Notes: a model not told the origin generated them from the sequence alone. Shown: positions 20,443 through 29,157, counted from the stretch's first letter. The stretch: 64,000 nucleotides of DNA from Acidobacteriaceae bacterium (GCA_003171315.1 PMYE01000174.1:7367-71366), one strand, 5' to 3'. Translations and numbers: made by a program.

Positions 20443-20849
20443 AAGCGTACTTCGGCCGCCGCTACCTGCTCAGCGCCAGCCACCGGCTGCACACGGCGGC
20501 GTTCACGGCCGAGCAGAATCGCGCGGTGTATGGCAAATGCAACAACGAGCATGGGCACGGCCATAATTATGTCGTCGAGGTTCTGGTGGGCGGCGCCGTG
20601 GACGCGGAGACGGGGATGGTGGTGGATCTGGTGAAGCTGGATGAGACGGTGCGCGCACGGGTGTTGGATCGATTCGACCACGCCAACCTGAATCTCGATC
20701 CGCTGTTTGCCGATCGCGTTCCCACGACGGAGAATTTCTGTAAGGCGATCTTTGCTCTGTTGCGCGATGCCTTGCCGTTGGGCGAACTGGAGCACGTGCG
20801 GGTGGAAGAGACGGAGAACAACTACTTTGAGTGTTCGTTGGGAGGTTGA
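20439..20849 (+). CDS. 6-pyruvoyl-tetrahydropterin / 6-carboxytetrahydropterin synthase family protein (PTPS/QueD), copy 2
   Basis: LSASHRL...[12 protein letters not shown] and DHANLNLD motifs. The GTG start overlaps the stop of copy 1 (GTGA). Confidence 0.9.
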   Translation: MKAYFGRRYLLSASHRLHTAAFTAEQNRAVYGKCNNEHGHGHNYVVEVLVGGAVDAETGMVVDLVKLDETVRARVLDRFDHANLNLDPLFADRVPTTENFCKAIFALLRDALPLGELEHVRVEETENNYFECSLGG

Positions 20850-20854
20850 AAAGT

Positions 20855-21481
20855 ATGGCGCATCCGATGATTGTGAGTAAAGCCGTGCGGCGCGCGGTTG
20901 ATGCGGACGAGGGGCTGAACGGGTTCAGCACACAGGAGATGTATCGCGAGATTTTGAGCCGCCTGGGCGAGGATCCCGATCGCGACGGGCTGCGCTCGAC
21001 GCCGGAGCGCGTGGAGAAGGCGCTGGCTTTCCTCACCAAGGGCTACGGCCAGGATCCGGCGCGGATTCTGCTCGGAGCGCTCTTCGATGTGGATTACGAC
21101 GAGATGGTCATCGTCAGGGACATCGAGATGTTCTCGATGTGCGAGCATCACATGCTGCCCTTCTTCGGCAAGGTACACGTGGCCTATATCCCCAAAGGCA
21201 AAGTCATCGGCTTGAGCAAGATTCCCCGGCTCGTCGAGGTGTTCGCGCGCCGCCTGCAGGTGCAGGAGCGGCTCACGCGCCAGATCGCCGACGCCATTCA
21301 GGACGCGATCGCGCCGCAGGGCGTGGGCGTGGTGATTGAGGCGCGCCACCTGTGCATGATGATGCGCGGCATCGAGAAGCAGCATTCGTCCACGGTGACC
21401 AGCGCCATGGTGGGCTGCTTCCGGCAGAAGGAGACGCGCGCGGAATTTCTCTCGCTGGTGCGGCAGGCGGGCAATGGCTGA
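20855..21481 (+). CDS. folE: GTP cyclohydrolase I
   Basis: [14 protein letters not shown] zinc/active-site motif. The ATG at 20855 is preceded by GGAGG at 20841-20845. Confidence 0.92.
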   Translation: MAHPMIVSKAVRRAVDADEGLNGFSTQEMYREILSRLGEDPDRDGLRSTPERVEKALAFLTKGYGQDPARILLGALFDVDYDEMVIVRDIEMFSMCEHHMLPFFGKVHVAYIPKGKVIGLSKIPRLVEVFARRLQVQERLTRQIADAIQDAIAPQGVGVVIEARHLCMMMRGIEKQHSSTVTSAMVGCFRQKETRAEFLSLVRQAGNG

Positions 21482-21532
21482 GCCTGATGCCGGAAAAGGG
21501 CCCCGATGTCCTCACTCTGTCGGTGCTGACCC

Positions 21533-22363
21533 TTAGATTCCCGCCGCAAATGGCATGGCAAGATAGCGCCCGCGCAGGGCGTTGGCGGTGGTGAGCGCCT
21601 TGTCGAATTTTCGCTTGGCCGTCTCATCGATGCGCTCCAAAAGCGCGAGGTTCCGTTCCGGGGTCAGAATCTCGCTTGCGATCTCATGCAATTGCTGCCA
21701 GTCGTGCCAGTCGCCGACGCGGCGCTGCACGTCACTGAGCGCGGCCATCATGCCCGAATCGGCGTCCGCTGAAAGCTGCAGGACGTAGCGCAGCTCCTTC
21801 ACCTTCAGGCGGAAGGCGTGAATGTTGTCTGCATTCAGCGGCGGCCACGAGCCCAGCTCGCGCACCGCATCCATCGCCGCTGTATGGATTCCCTCATTCG
21901 TCTGCCCGGCTTGCCCGCCTGTCGGCTCGGCGCCTTTTGCCGGGGCCAGCGCGGATCGGACCATCCTGGCATATTGCTTCAGGTCTTCCCGCGCTGCATC
22001 GCGCCGCCGGGCGAGGATACGCCGTAGTTTTTCGGCATTCTGCTGCCGGGCGATTTGCAGATGATCGAGCAGGCGGGTAAGGGAATCGCCGGCCGAGCGC
22101 CGCGCCAGCCTGCGCGCGTTCACAGTCAATACATCCATGTCGCGCACGCCGCCGGCCGCCTTGCGCACTGGCTCAATCGATTTGAGGAGGCGCCGCGATC
22201 TTTTCTCGTCGCTGCGCGCCAGCATGGCGGCAATCGCCTCCACCCGCCGCGCGGCCGTGCGCAGCTTGTGCACCTCTTTGGGCGCGGGATCATCGATCAA
22301 GCTCTTGAGCGTCTTGCTCAGTTCACGCATCGCTTTTCGAGCGCGTTCCAGTTCGTCTGCCAT
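21533..22363 (-). CDS. CHAD domain-containing protein
   Basis: All-helical, Arg/His-rich repeats (HKLRTAARRVEAIAAML, HAFRLKVKELRYVLQL) typical of CHAD domains. Confidence 0.8.
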   Translation of the reverse strand: MADELERARKAMRELSKTLKSLIDDPAPKEVHKLRTAARRVEAIAAMLARSDEKRSRRLLKSIEPVRKAAGGVRDMDVLTVNARRLARRSAGDSLTRLLDHLQIARQQNAEKLRRILARRRDAAREDLKQYARMVRSALAPAKGAEPTGGQAGQTNEGIHTAAMDAVRELGSWPPLNADNIHAFRLKVKELRYVLQLSADADSGMMAALSDVQRRVGDWHDWQQLHEIASEILTPERNLALLERIDETAKRKFDKALTTANALRGRYLAMPFAAGI

Positions 22364-22428
22364 CTCTCCTTAGCTTGGAGCGTTTGGCCCGGGTTGGCAA
22401 GGGCGCATACGGCGGCTAAAGTGATGAT

Positions 22429-23319
22429 GTGAACGGGCTTCTTGTAATCGACAAGCCGGGCGGCATGACCAGCCACGACGTGGTGAACCGGCTGCGACGC
22501 ATTACGGGAGAGCAGTCGATTGGCCATCTGGGCACGCTGGACCCCATGGCCACCGGCGTGCTGCCGCTGCTCGTGGGTAGGTTTACCCGGCTGGCGCAGT
22601 ACTTTTCCTCAGCCGGGAAGAGCTATACCGGAGTGATCCGTTTTGGATTCTCGACCGACACCTATGACGCCGAGGGCGAGCCTGCCGGGCCTGACCAATG
22701 GCCCGAAGTTGCGGGGAAGTTGACACTGGAACGGGTGCGCGAGGCGGCTGCGCGGTTCCACGGCGAGATCGAACAGATGCCTCCGCCCTTTTCGGCCAAG
22801 AAGATCGCAGGCAAGCCCGCGTACAAGCTGGCCCGCGAGGGCAAGCCGGTGGAGCTCAAGCCGGTTCGGATCCGGATCGATGCCTTTGAGATCGTGGCGA
22901 TGGTGGGCTCCGAAGTCAGCTTCACCATCGGCATCAGCTCCGGCGGCTACGTGCGCTCGGTGGCGCACGAACTGGGCTGCGGCCTGGCCTGCGGAGCGCA
23001 CCTGAGCCGCCTGCGCCGCACGCGCGCTGGCGTTTTTACGCTGGCCGACGCACACACTCTGGAGGAACTGGAAACGCTGGCCGGAAATGTGGAGGCTCTG
23101 GAGTGCTTGTGCGTGCATCCGCGCAGCCTGTTGCCTGAGATGCCCGCGGTGACTGGCGACAGCCAGGCGCTGGGCCGGCTGCGCAACGGTGCGCAGGCCA
23201 ATCTGCCGGAGTTCTCCGCCGCCCCGTTGGTGAAGGTCTTCGCCGGGCCACGCGAGCTTGTCGGAATCGCGAAGCGGGTGGCAGGAACGCTGTTTCAGCC
23301 GGTGGTGGTGATGGGATAA
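22429..23319 (+). CDS. truB: tRNA pseudouridine(55) synthase
   Basis: LLVIDKPGGMTSHDVV and GHLGTLDPMATGVLP (catalytic Asp) motifs. GTG start. Confidence 0.92.
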   Translation: MNGLLVIDKPGGMTSHDVVNRLRRITGEQSIGHLGTLDPMATGVLPLLVGRFTRLAQYFSSAGKSYTGVIRFGFSTDTYDAEGEPAGPDQWPEVAGKLTLERVREAAARFHGEIEQMPPPFSAKKIAGKPAYKLAREGKPVELKPVRIRIDAFEIVAMVGSEVSFTIGISSGGYVRSVAHELGCGLACGAHLSRLRRTRAGVFTLADAHTLEELETLAGNVEALECLCVHPRSLLPEMPAVTGDSQALGRLRNGAQANLPEFSAAPLVKVFAGPRELVGIAKRVAGTLFQPVVVMG

Positions 23320-23477
23320 AGACAGGGAATAGGGAGTAGGGAACAGTCGCATCAGCGAAGGTGCGAGCGACAGCATCTTTGCTGTCTACGATGAGTTGAT
23401 GCGATTGATTCATGGAATAAGAGAGAGTAAATCGCCAAGCACGGCTTTCTATTCCCTATTCCCTACTCCCTGTCTTT
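23317..23477. repeat. heptamer-periodic inverted-repeat hairpin element A
   Basis: Left arm 23318-23343 contains AGGGAAT AGGGAGT AGGGAAC. Right arm 23452-23477 contains ATTCCCT ATTCCCT ACTCCCT. The two arms are reverse complements over 26 positions, with 1 mismatch and 1 wobble by hand alignment. The spacer of about 108 nt carries nested hairpins. The element begins at the truB stop codon. Confidence 0.8.
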
Positions 23478-23553
23478 CCCCTTTTCCTCACTCGCCCTCG
23501 GCCCCCACGGCTTAGACTGTTGTTTCGTTGTTTTTTGAAGGAGCAGACCCGCC

Positions 23554-23943
23554 ATGCCCTACCCGACGGAATATCGCTACACCCGCGAGCACGAATGGAT
23601 CTCGGTCGAGGGTTCCATCGGCTCCATCGGCATCACCGACTACGCGCAAAGCTCGCTGGGCGACATTGTGTATGTGGATGCGCCCAAGGTGGGCGATGCG
23701 GTGACGGCCAATGCGACCTTTGGCTCAGTGGAGAGCGTGAAGGCCGTCAGCGACCTCTATTCGCCGGCCAGCGGTACAGTGACCGCGGTGAACGAAGAGC
23801 TGAAGACCGCGCCCGACAAGATCAATCAGGACCCGCACGGCACATGGATCATCAAAGTGGAACTTTCGAACCCGGCCGAGTTGAATTCCCTGCTCGACGC
23901 CGCGGCGTATGAGGCGTTTATTGCAGAGGAAACGGAAAGCTAG
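23554..23943 (+). CDS. gcvH: glycine cleavage system protein H
   Basis: YTREHEWI start region and the lipoyl-lysine motif ESVKAVSDLYSP. RBS GAAGGAG lies upstream. Confidence 0.95.
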   Translation: MPYPTEYRYTREHEWISVEGSIGSIGITDYAQSSLGDIVYVDAPKVGDAVTANATFGSVESVKAVSDLYSPASGTVTAVNEELKTAPDKINQDPHGTWIIKVELSNPAELNSLLDAAAYEAFIAEETES

Positions 23944-24128
23944 TTGCTAGCTTCTAGCTACTTGTCGCTAGTTGCGCCTCGCAAATTTGAGTAGCATCAA
24001 ATGAGCCCGACTTTCGTCGAGCATGCCATTCCGGCTCGTACACTGGCTTTTAGCTAGGAGCTAGGAGCTAGGAGCTAGGAGCTAGAAGCTAGAAGCTAGG
24101 AGCTAGGAGCTAGAAGCTAGAGGCTACA
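23941..24128. repeat. heptamer-periodic inverted-repeat element B with a 10-copy AGCTAGR tandem array
   Basis: The left arm at 23941-23975 is TAGTTGC TAGCTTC TAGCTAC TTGTCGC TAGTTGC. The right arm at 24052-24121 is (AGCTAGG)4(AGCTAGA)2(AGCTAGG)2(AGCTAGA)2, then GGCTACA. CTAGCTTCTAGCT pairs with AGCTAGAAGCTAG. The element fills the whole gcvH-gcvPA spacer. Confidence 0.85.
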
Positions 24129-25493
24129 GTGCGCTATCTCCCAAAATCCGACGAAGAACGCCGGCAGATGCTCGCGGAGATCGGTGCGGCCACGATCGAC
24201 GATCTTTTCTCGAGTATTCCGGCCGAATACCGCCTGGCGCGCGACCTTGCCGTTCCGCGCCAGCAGGCCGAAAGCGAGATCGTTGCATACTTCCGCGCCG
24301 CCGGGCAGAAGAACGCGACCGATTACGCCAGCTTTCTGGGCGCGGGCGCGTATCTCCACTACCGGCCGGTCATCATCGACGCCCTCGTGCAGCGCGGCGA
24401 GTTTTTGACCAGCTACACGCCCTACCAGGCCGAGATTACGCAGGGAACTCTGCAAGCGATTTTTGAATTCCAGACCATGATCGCCGAGCTGACCGGCATG
24501 GACGTGGCCAACGCCAGCATGTACGACGGGTCGACCGGCGCGGCCGAAGCCGCGATGATGGCGGTCCGCGTGACCGGTCGCCACAAGGCCGTCGTTGCCT
24601 CAACCGTGCATCCCGAGTATCGCGAGGTGCTGGCCACTTACGCAAAGCATAAGGGCCTGACAACCGCTCTGGCTGGATACGACCAGGAAACCGGTCGCGT
24701 CGACTTAAAGGCGCTCGCCGCTGCGGTTTCCGCGGAAACCGCAGCTGTCCTTGTCCAGAGCCCGAACTTTTTCGGCATCATCGAAGACATTCCGGCGATT
24801 GCGGCCATCGCCCACGCCAATGGCGCGCTGCTCATCGTGTCCATTGCCGAGGCGGTCTCGCTGGGCATCGTGCGGCCGCCGGTAGAGGCCGACATTGTCG
24901 CCATGGAGGCGCAGTCGTTCGGCGTGGCGCTCTGCTATGGGGGCCCTTTCTGCGGCGTGATCGCGGCCAAAGAGCAATTTGTGCGGCAGATGCCGGGCCG
25001 GCTTGCCGGCCAGACCGTCGATGGGGCAGGGAATCGCGGCTTCGTTCTCACCCTTGCTACGCGCGAGCAGCATATCCGTCGCGAGAAGGCCACCTCGAAC
25101 ATCTGCACCAACCAGGCGCTGGTCGCGCTGATGGCGACGATCTTTATGGCCGTCTACGGCAAAGAAGGCATGCGTGAATTGGCCGAGCACAATTTGGCCA
25201 AGGCCGATTACGCGGCGAAGACACTCGGCAGCCAGCCGGGCGCAAAGCTGCGTTTCAAGGACACGTCGCTCGGGGGCGCGCCGCGCTTCCATGAATTTGT
25301 GTTGCAAACCGAGGAAGCTCCGGCGGTCTGGAGCCGGAGGCTGCTCGAAAACAAGATTGTGGGTGGCGTCGAGTTGAGCCGCTGGTATCCCGAGCTCGGC
25401 AACTGCACCCTCTGGTGCGCGACAGAAGTCGTCACGCGCGAACAGATCGAAACTGCGGCCAAAGTGCTGGCGGGCGTAGAGGTGGAGGCGTAG
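24129..25493 (+). CDS. gcvPA: glycine dehydrogenase (aminomethyl-transferring) subunit 1
   Basis: 454 aa with [15 protein letters not shown] start and [14 protein letters not shown] motif. GTG start. Confidence 0.93.
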   Translation: MRYLPKSDEERRQMLAEIGAATIDDLFSSIPAEYRLARDLAVPRQQAESEIVAYFRAAGQKNATDYASFLGAGAYLHYRPVIIDALVQRGEFLTSYTPYQAEITQGTLQAIFEFQTMIAELTGMDVANASMYDGSTGAAEAAMMAVRVTGRHKAVVASTVHPEYREVLATYAKHKGLTTALAGYDQETGRVDLKALAAAVSAETAAVLVQSPNFFGIIEDIPAIAAIAHANGALLIVSIAEAVSLGIVRPPVEADIVAMEAQSFGVALCYGGPFCGVIAAKEQFVRQMPGRLAGQTVDGAGNRGFVLTLATREQHIRREKATSNICTNQALVALMATIFMAVYGKEGMRELAEHNLAKADYAAKTLGSQPGAKLRFKDTSLGGAPRFHEFVLQTEEAPAVWSRRLLENKIVGGVELSRWYPELGNCTLWCATEVVTREQIETAAKVLAGVEVEA

Positions 25494-25498
25494 CTTTT

Positions 25499-25837
25499 AT
25501 GTTCCGCGGAATCAGATGGGGCGGGAGCGAACGCGGCCGTCTACGGTGGGAGGAGGCTCGCAAAGTTGGCAAGCTTCGTTTCCTAATCGTTCACAGCTTG
25601 CTGATTCGCGGGGGTCTCTTGTTTGCCGGCGCCATCTTGTATGAGTTGTTCATTTGGCACAAACAACTCAGCCTCCACTTGATTGAGGCTGACGCGTTTG
25701 TGTGTTTTATCGGAGCACTTATTTTAGGCCTTTGGTCTTGGGACCAGAACGAGGTTATCCATCGCGCTTTTCAGATCGCTCCCATCAAGCCGGGTCAATT
25801 GGGCAGCGAGATGACCCAAAAGAGAGCTAAAGAATGA
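25499..25837 (+). CDS. small 2-TM membrane protein inserted between gcvPA and gcvPB (hypothetical)
   Basis: The ATG lies 5 nt after the gcvPA stop, with GGAGG upstream. The stop overlaps the gcvPB ATG (ATGA). Two hydrophobic helices are present (LIVHSLLIRGGLLFAGAILYELFIW and AFVCFIGALILGLWSW). G+C is visibly lower than in the flanks. Confidence 0.55.
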   Translation: MFRGIRWGGSERGRLRWEEARKVGKLRFLIVHSLLIRGGLLFAGAILYELFIWHKQLSLHLIEADAFVCFIGALILGLWSWDQNEVIHRAFQIAPIKPGQLGSEMTQKRAKE

Positions 25838-27342
25838 TTTCCGACACTGAGAAGAACGGCCCCCGCACCCTCGGCAAGGTCCGCACACACCCGACGCAGA
25901 ACGAGGCACTGCTCTTCGAGAAGTCCTCGCCGGGCAAGCGCGCCTACAAGCTGCCGCCGCTCGACGTGCCGGCTGTCAACTCCGCAAAACTGCTTGGCGC
26001 CGCGCACCGCACCACGCCGGGCCTGCTTCCCGAGCTGAGCGAGATCGAGATCATCCGCCACTTCACGCGGCTCTCTACCTGGAACTACGCCATCGATCTC
26101 GGTATGTATCCACTCGGCTCCTGCACCATGAAGTACAACCCCCGCGTGAACGAGTTTGTCGCCCGCATCGAGGGTCTGGCCGAGGCGCATCCCTACCGGC
26201 CCGAGTCGCTGTCGCAGGGCGCACTCGAAATCATCGATCTGCTCCGCCGCTGCCTGCTCGAGATCACCGGTATGGACGCCATCACGCTGCAGCCGGCCGC
26301 GGGCGCGCACGGCGAGTTCACCGGTATTCTGCTCACGCGCGCCTGGCACGAGTCGCAGGGCAACCCGCGCAGGAAAATCCTGATTCCCGACTCCGCGCAC
26401 GGCACCAACCCGGCCACGGCGGCCATCGTCGGCTACGCAGTCGAGAACCTCAAGTCGAACGCCGATGGCGGCATTGACCTCGACGCTCTCACGCGCCAGG
26501 TGGACGAGGAAACTGCGGCGCTGATGCTCACCAATCCGTCCACGCTCGGCGTCTTCGAGAGTCAGATTCATAGAATTGCCGACATTCTGCATGCCAAAGG
26601 CGCGCTGCTCTACATGGACGGCGCCAACATGAACGCGCTGGTGGGCAAGGTGCGGCCCGGCGACTTCGGCGTGGACGTGATGCACCTGAATCTGCACAAG
26701 ACCTTCTCCACGCCGCACGGCGGCGGCGGACCCGGCTCCGGCCCCGTAGCGTGCAAGGCTTTTCTGGAGCCGTTTTTGCCGACTCCGGTACTCGTCCAAA
26801 ACCAGGACGGCGCGCTGCGCTGGGACTACGACCGCCCGCAATCGGTCGGGCGCGTGCGAGCCTTCTACGGCAACACAGGAATGTTTATCCGCGCGCTGGC
26901 CTACATCCTGGCCAATGGGCCCGACGGCCTGCGCCAGACCACCGAAGACGCGGTGCTCAACGCCAACTACATCCGCAAAAAGCTCGAAGACGTGTATGAG
27001 CTGCCGTACCAAACGGCCTCGATGCACGAGGTGGTCTTCAGCGACAAGCGGCAGGCGGCGCGCGGCGTCAAGACCGGCGACATCGCCAAGCGCCTCATCG
27101 ATTACGGCTTCCATCCCTACACGGTCAGCTTCCCGCTCATTGTGCATGGCGCGCTGATGATCGAGCCCACCGAGAGCGAGTCGCGCGAGGAGCTGGACCT
27201 GTTCATTGACGCCATGCGCTCCATTGCGCGCGAAGCCGAAGAGAATCCCGACCTCGTGAAAAGCGCGCCGCACTCCACGCGCGTCTCGCGTCTCGACGAG
27301 GTGCAGGCGGCGCGAAAGCCGATCCTCCGTTGGAGGCCGTAA
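25834..27342 (+). CDS. gcvPB: glycine dehydrogenase (aminomethyl-transferring) subunit 2
   Basis: 502 aa with the PLP-lysine motif HLNLHKTFSTPHGGGGPG. Confidence 0.95.
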   Translation: MISDTEKNGPRTLGKVRTHPTQNEALLFEKSSPGKRAYKLPPLDVPAVNSAKLLGAAHRTTPGLLPELSEIEIIRHFTRLSTWNYAIDLGMYPLGSCTMKYNPRVNEFVARIEGLAEAHPYRPESLSQGALEIIDLLRRCLLEITGMDAITLQPAAGAHGEFTGILLTRAWHESQGNPRRKILIPDSAHGTNPATAAIVGYAVENLKSNADGGIDLDALTRQVDEETAALMLTNPSTLGVFESQIHRIADILHAKGALLYMDGANMNALVGKVRPGDFGVDVMHLNLHKTFSTPHGGGGPGSGPVACKAFLEPFLPTPVLVQNQDGALRWDYDRPQSVGRVRAFYGNTGMFIRALAYILANGPDGLRQTTEDAVLNANYIRKKLEDVYELPYQTASMHEVVFSDKRQAARGVKTGDIAKRLIDYGFHPYTVSFPLIVHGALMIEPTESESREELDLFIDAMRSIAREAEENPDLVKSAPHSTRVSRLDEVQAARKPILRWRP

Positions 27343-27477
27343 AGACAGGGGTCAGTGGTCCGTCTTGAAAGCTGCGGCACAGCATGCGCAGGGCGTGACC
27401 CGCAGCCACAGGTAGGCACAAGGTACCAAACCCGCCATATGCCGCGCTGAACGGGCTCGCCTACACTCGTCTTCAGA

Positions 27478-28413
27478 ATGGCCAGCGCTCCTCCATCGCC
27501 GTCTTCGGGCTATCGCGGACGGCTGGCGCCTTCGCCCACCGGCTACCTGCACGTGGGCCACGCGCGCACCTTCTGGACGGTATTCCAACGCGCGCGCGAA
27601 ACCGGCGGCACGCTCATCATGCGCATGGAGGATCTCGACCCCGACCGCTGCCGCCCCGCCTACGCCGACGCGGTGCTCGAGGATCTCCGCTGGCTGGGAA
27701 TCCGCTGGCAGGAGGGCCCCGACAAGGGAGGGCCGTTCGCTCCTTATCTGCAGAGCAAGCGCCGCGCCATCTACCTTGAGGCTTGGCGAAAGCTGTTGCG
27801 CACCGGCCGCCTCTTCCCCTGCCGTTGTTCGCGCAAGGACCTGGAAACTGCGCTCGGCGCGCCCCATGAGCGCGTGCAGACGGCGGGCGGAGGCGGGAAG
27901 TTCGACACGCTCGACGACGAACCTCTCTACCCCGGCACATGCCGGCGCTTCATGGGCGGTACGCCGCAGCTTCCCGGCCCCACGGCGAGCGTGTATGAAG
28001 ATCCGGGCGGCACGAACTGGCGCTTCCGCGTTCCCGACGGCGAGGCGATCGAGTTCGTCGACCGGAACCTGGGTCCGCAGCGCTTTGTGGCCGGCGTGGA
28101 TTTTGGCGACTTCGTGGTCTGGCGGCGCGATGGCGTGCCCAGCTACCAGTTGGCTTGCGTGGCCGACGATGCGGCGATGGGCATCACGGAAGTTGTTCGC
28201 GGCGCCGACCTGCTGAAGTCCACCGCTCGCCAGATCCTGCTCTACCGCGCGCTCGGCCTCCCGGCCCCTGCCTGGTACCACTGCCGCCTAGTGGTGGACC
28301 ACAACGGCCGCCGCCTGGCCAAGCGCCACGACGCGCTCAGCCTGCGCGCCCTGCGCCAGCGCGGCCTGACGCCCATGAACATTCTTTCGGCGGACCTGCC
28401 CGTCGAGGTGTAA
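27478..28413 (+). CDS. gluQ: tRNA glutamyl-Q(34) synthetase (GluQRS)
   Basis: A truncated GluRS-like catalytic domain of 311 aa with no anticodon-binding domain. Motif: RLAPSPTGYLHVGHART. Confidence 0.88.
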   Translation: MASAPPSPSSGYRGRLAPSPTGYLHVGHARTFWTVFQRARETGGTLIMRMEDLDPDRCRPAYADAVLEDLRWLGIRWQEGPDKGGPFAPYLQSKRRAIYLEAWRKLLRTGRLFPCRCSRKDLETALGAPHERVQTAGGGGKFDTLDDEPLYPGTCRRFMGGTPQLPGPTASVYEDPGGTNWRFRVPDGEAIEFVDRNLGPQRFVAGVDFGDFVVWRRDGVPSYQLACVADDAAMGITEVVRGADLLKSTARQILLYRALGLPAPAWYHCRLVVDHNGRRLAKRHDALSLRALRQRGLTPMNILSADLPVEV

Positions 28414-28547
28414 GAACCTGATCGGGCCTGCCGCCGCGGGGTTGCGGCGCCAGACTGCGTCCCGTGGGTTCCATGCTTTACCATCGTGGGAGAGAGAAGC
28501 GCTTCCAGCCGCGCTGCGGCCTGTCGCCAGCCGCTCGACAACCAGCA

Positions 28548-29144
28548 ATGCCCCAAGAGCCGAACCACCGATTCAACCCCTTGCGCGCCGCCCCGAATCT
28601 GCTTACGCTTCTGCGCATCTGCCTGGCGCCGTTTCTCGTGGCCGCCATCATCGAGGGGCACTACCTGCTGAGTTTTTCCCTCTTTGTGGCCGCCGGGCTC
28701 ACCGACGCCTTCGACGGCCTGCTGGCGCGCGCCCTCAAGCAGCGCTCCATGTTTGGCCACTATCTTGACCCCGTGGCCGACAAGCTGCTGCTCAGCACCC
28801 TGTTCCTGGTTCTTTTGTACAAGGGCTTGATGCCGGTGACCGTGACCGTGTTGGTCTTTGGCAGGGATGTGGGCATCCTGATGGTTGCGGCCATTCTTTA
28901 TGCAGCCGTAGGGCGCAGGGAGTTTCGTCCCAGCATCTTCGGCAAAGCCAATACCCTTGCCCAAATCGCCGCTGTCGCGGCCGTCCTGCTGCATCAACTC
29001 ACGACGGCGTACTGGGTTGCAGCGGTCCGCGCTGTGGCGCTGGACGCCACCATCGGGCTCACCATCGCATCGGGCCTGCACTACGCCTGGCTGGTCTCGC
29101 GCCGGCCTGGCGCCACGGCGGCTAACGGTAACCAAGCCAAATAA
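28548..29144 (+). CDS. CDP-alcohol phosphatidyltransferase family protein (PgsA-like)
   Basis: Motif DAFDGLLARALKQRSMFGHYLDPVADK (DGx2ARx8Gx3Dx3D) and multiple TM helices. Start chosen at MPQEPNHRF; the ORF-track start is 28464. Confidence 0.85.
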   Translation: MPQEPNHRFNPLRAAPNLLTLLRICLAPFLVAAIIEGHYLLSFSLFVAAGLTDAFDGLLARALKQRSMFGHYLDPVADKLLLSTLFLVLLYKGLMPVTVTVLVFGRDVGILMVAAILYAAVGRREFRPSIFGKANTLAQIAAVAAVLLHQLTTAYWVAAVRAVALDATIGLTIASGLHYAWLVSRRPGATAANGNQAK

Positions 29145-29157
29145 AGCAGGCCAGGCC

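Noticed and set aside
23036-23413. 125-aa minus-strand ORF starting inside hairpin element A
   Set aside because: Most of it is antisense to truB. The only part outside truB is the repeat arm (translating to VPYSLFPV), so it is not a credible cargo gene.
23320-23553. Glycine riboswitch upstream of gcvH
   Set aside because: I could not find the conserved glycine-aptamer core sequences by eye. The region is instead occupied by hairpin element A. It needs cmscan to be certain.
24052-24121. Possible CRISPR array
   Set aside because: The repeat unit is only 7 nt with no spacers, and no cas genes are present. It is a microsatellite-like arm of hairpin element B.
25795-27273. 492-aa minus-strand ORF
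   Set aside because: It is antisense to gcvPB, which has unambiguous motifs. It is a shadow ORF.
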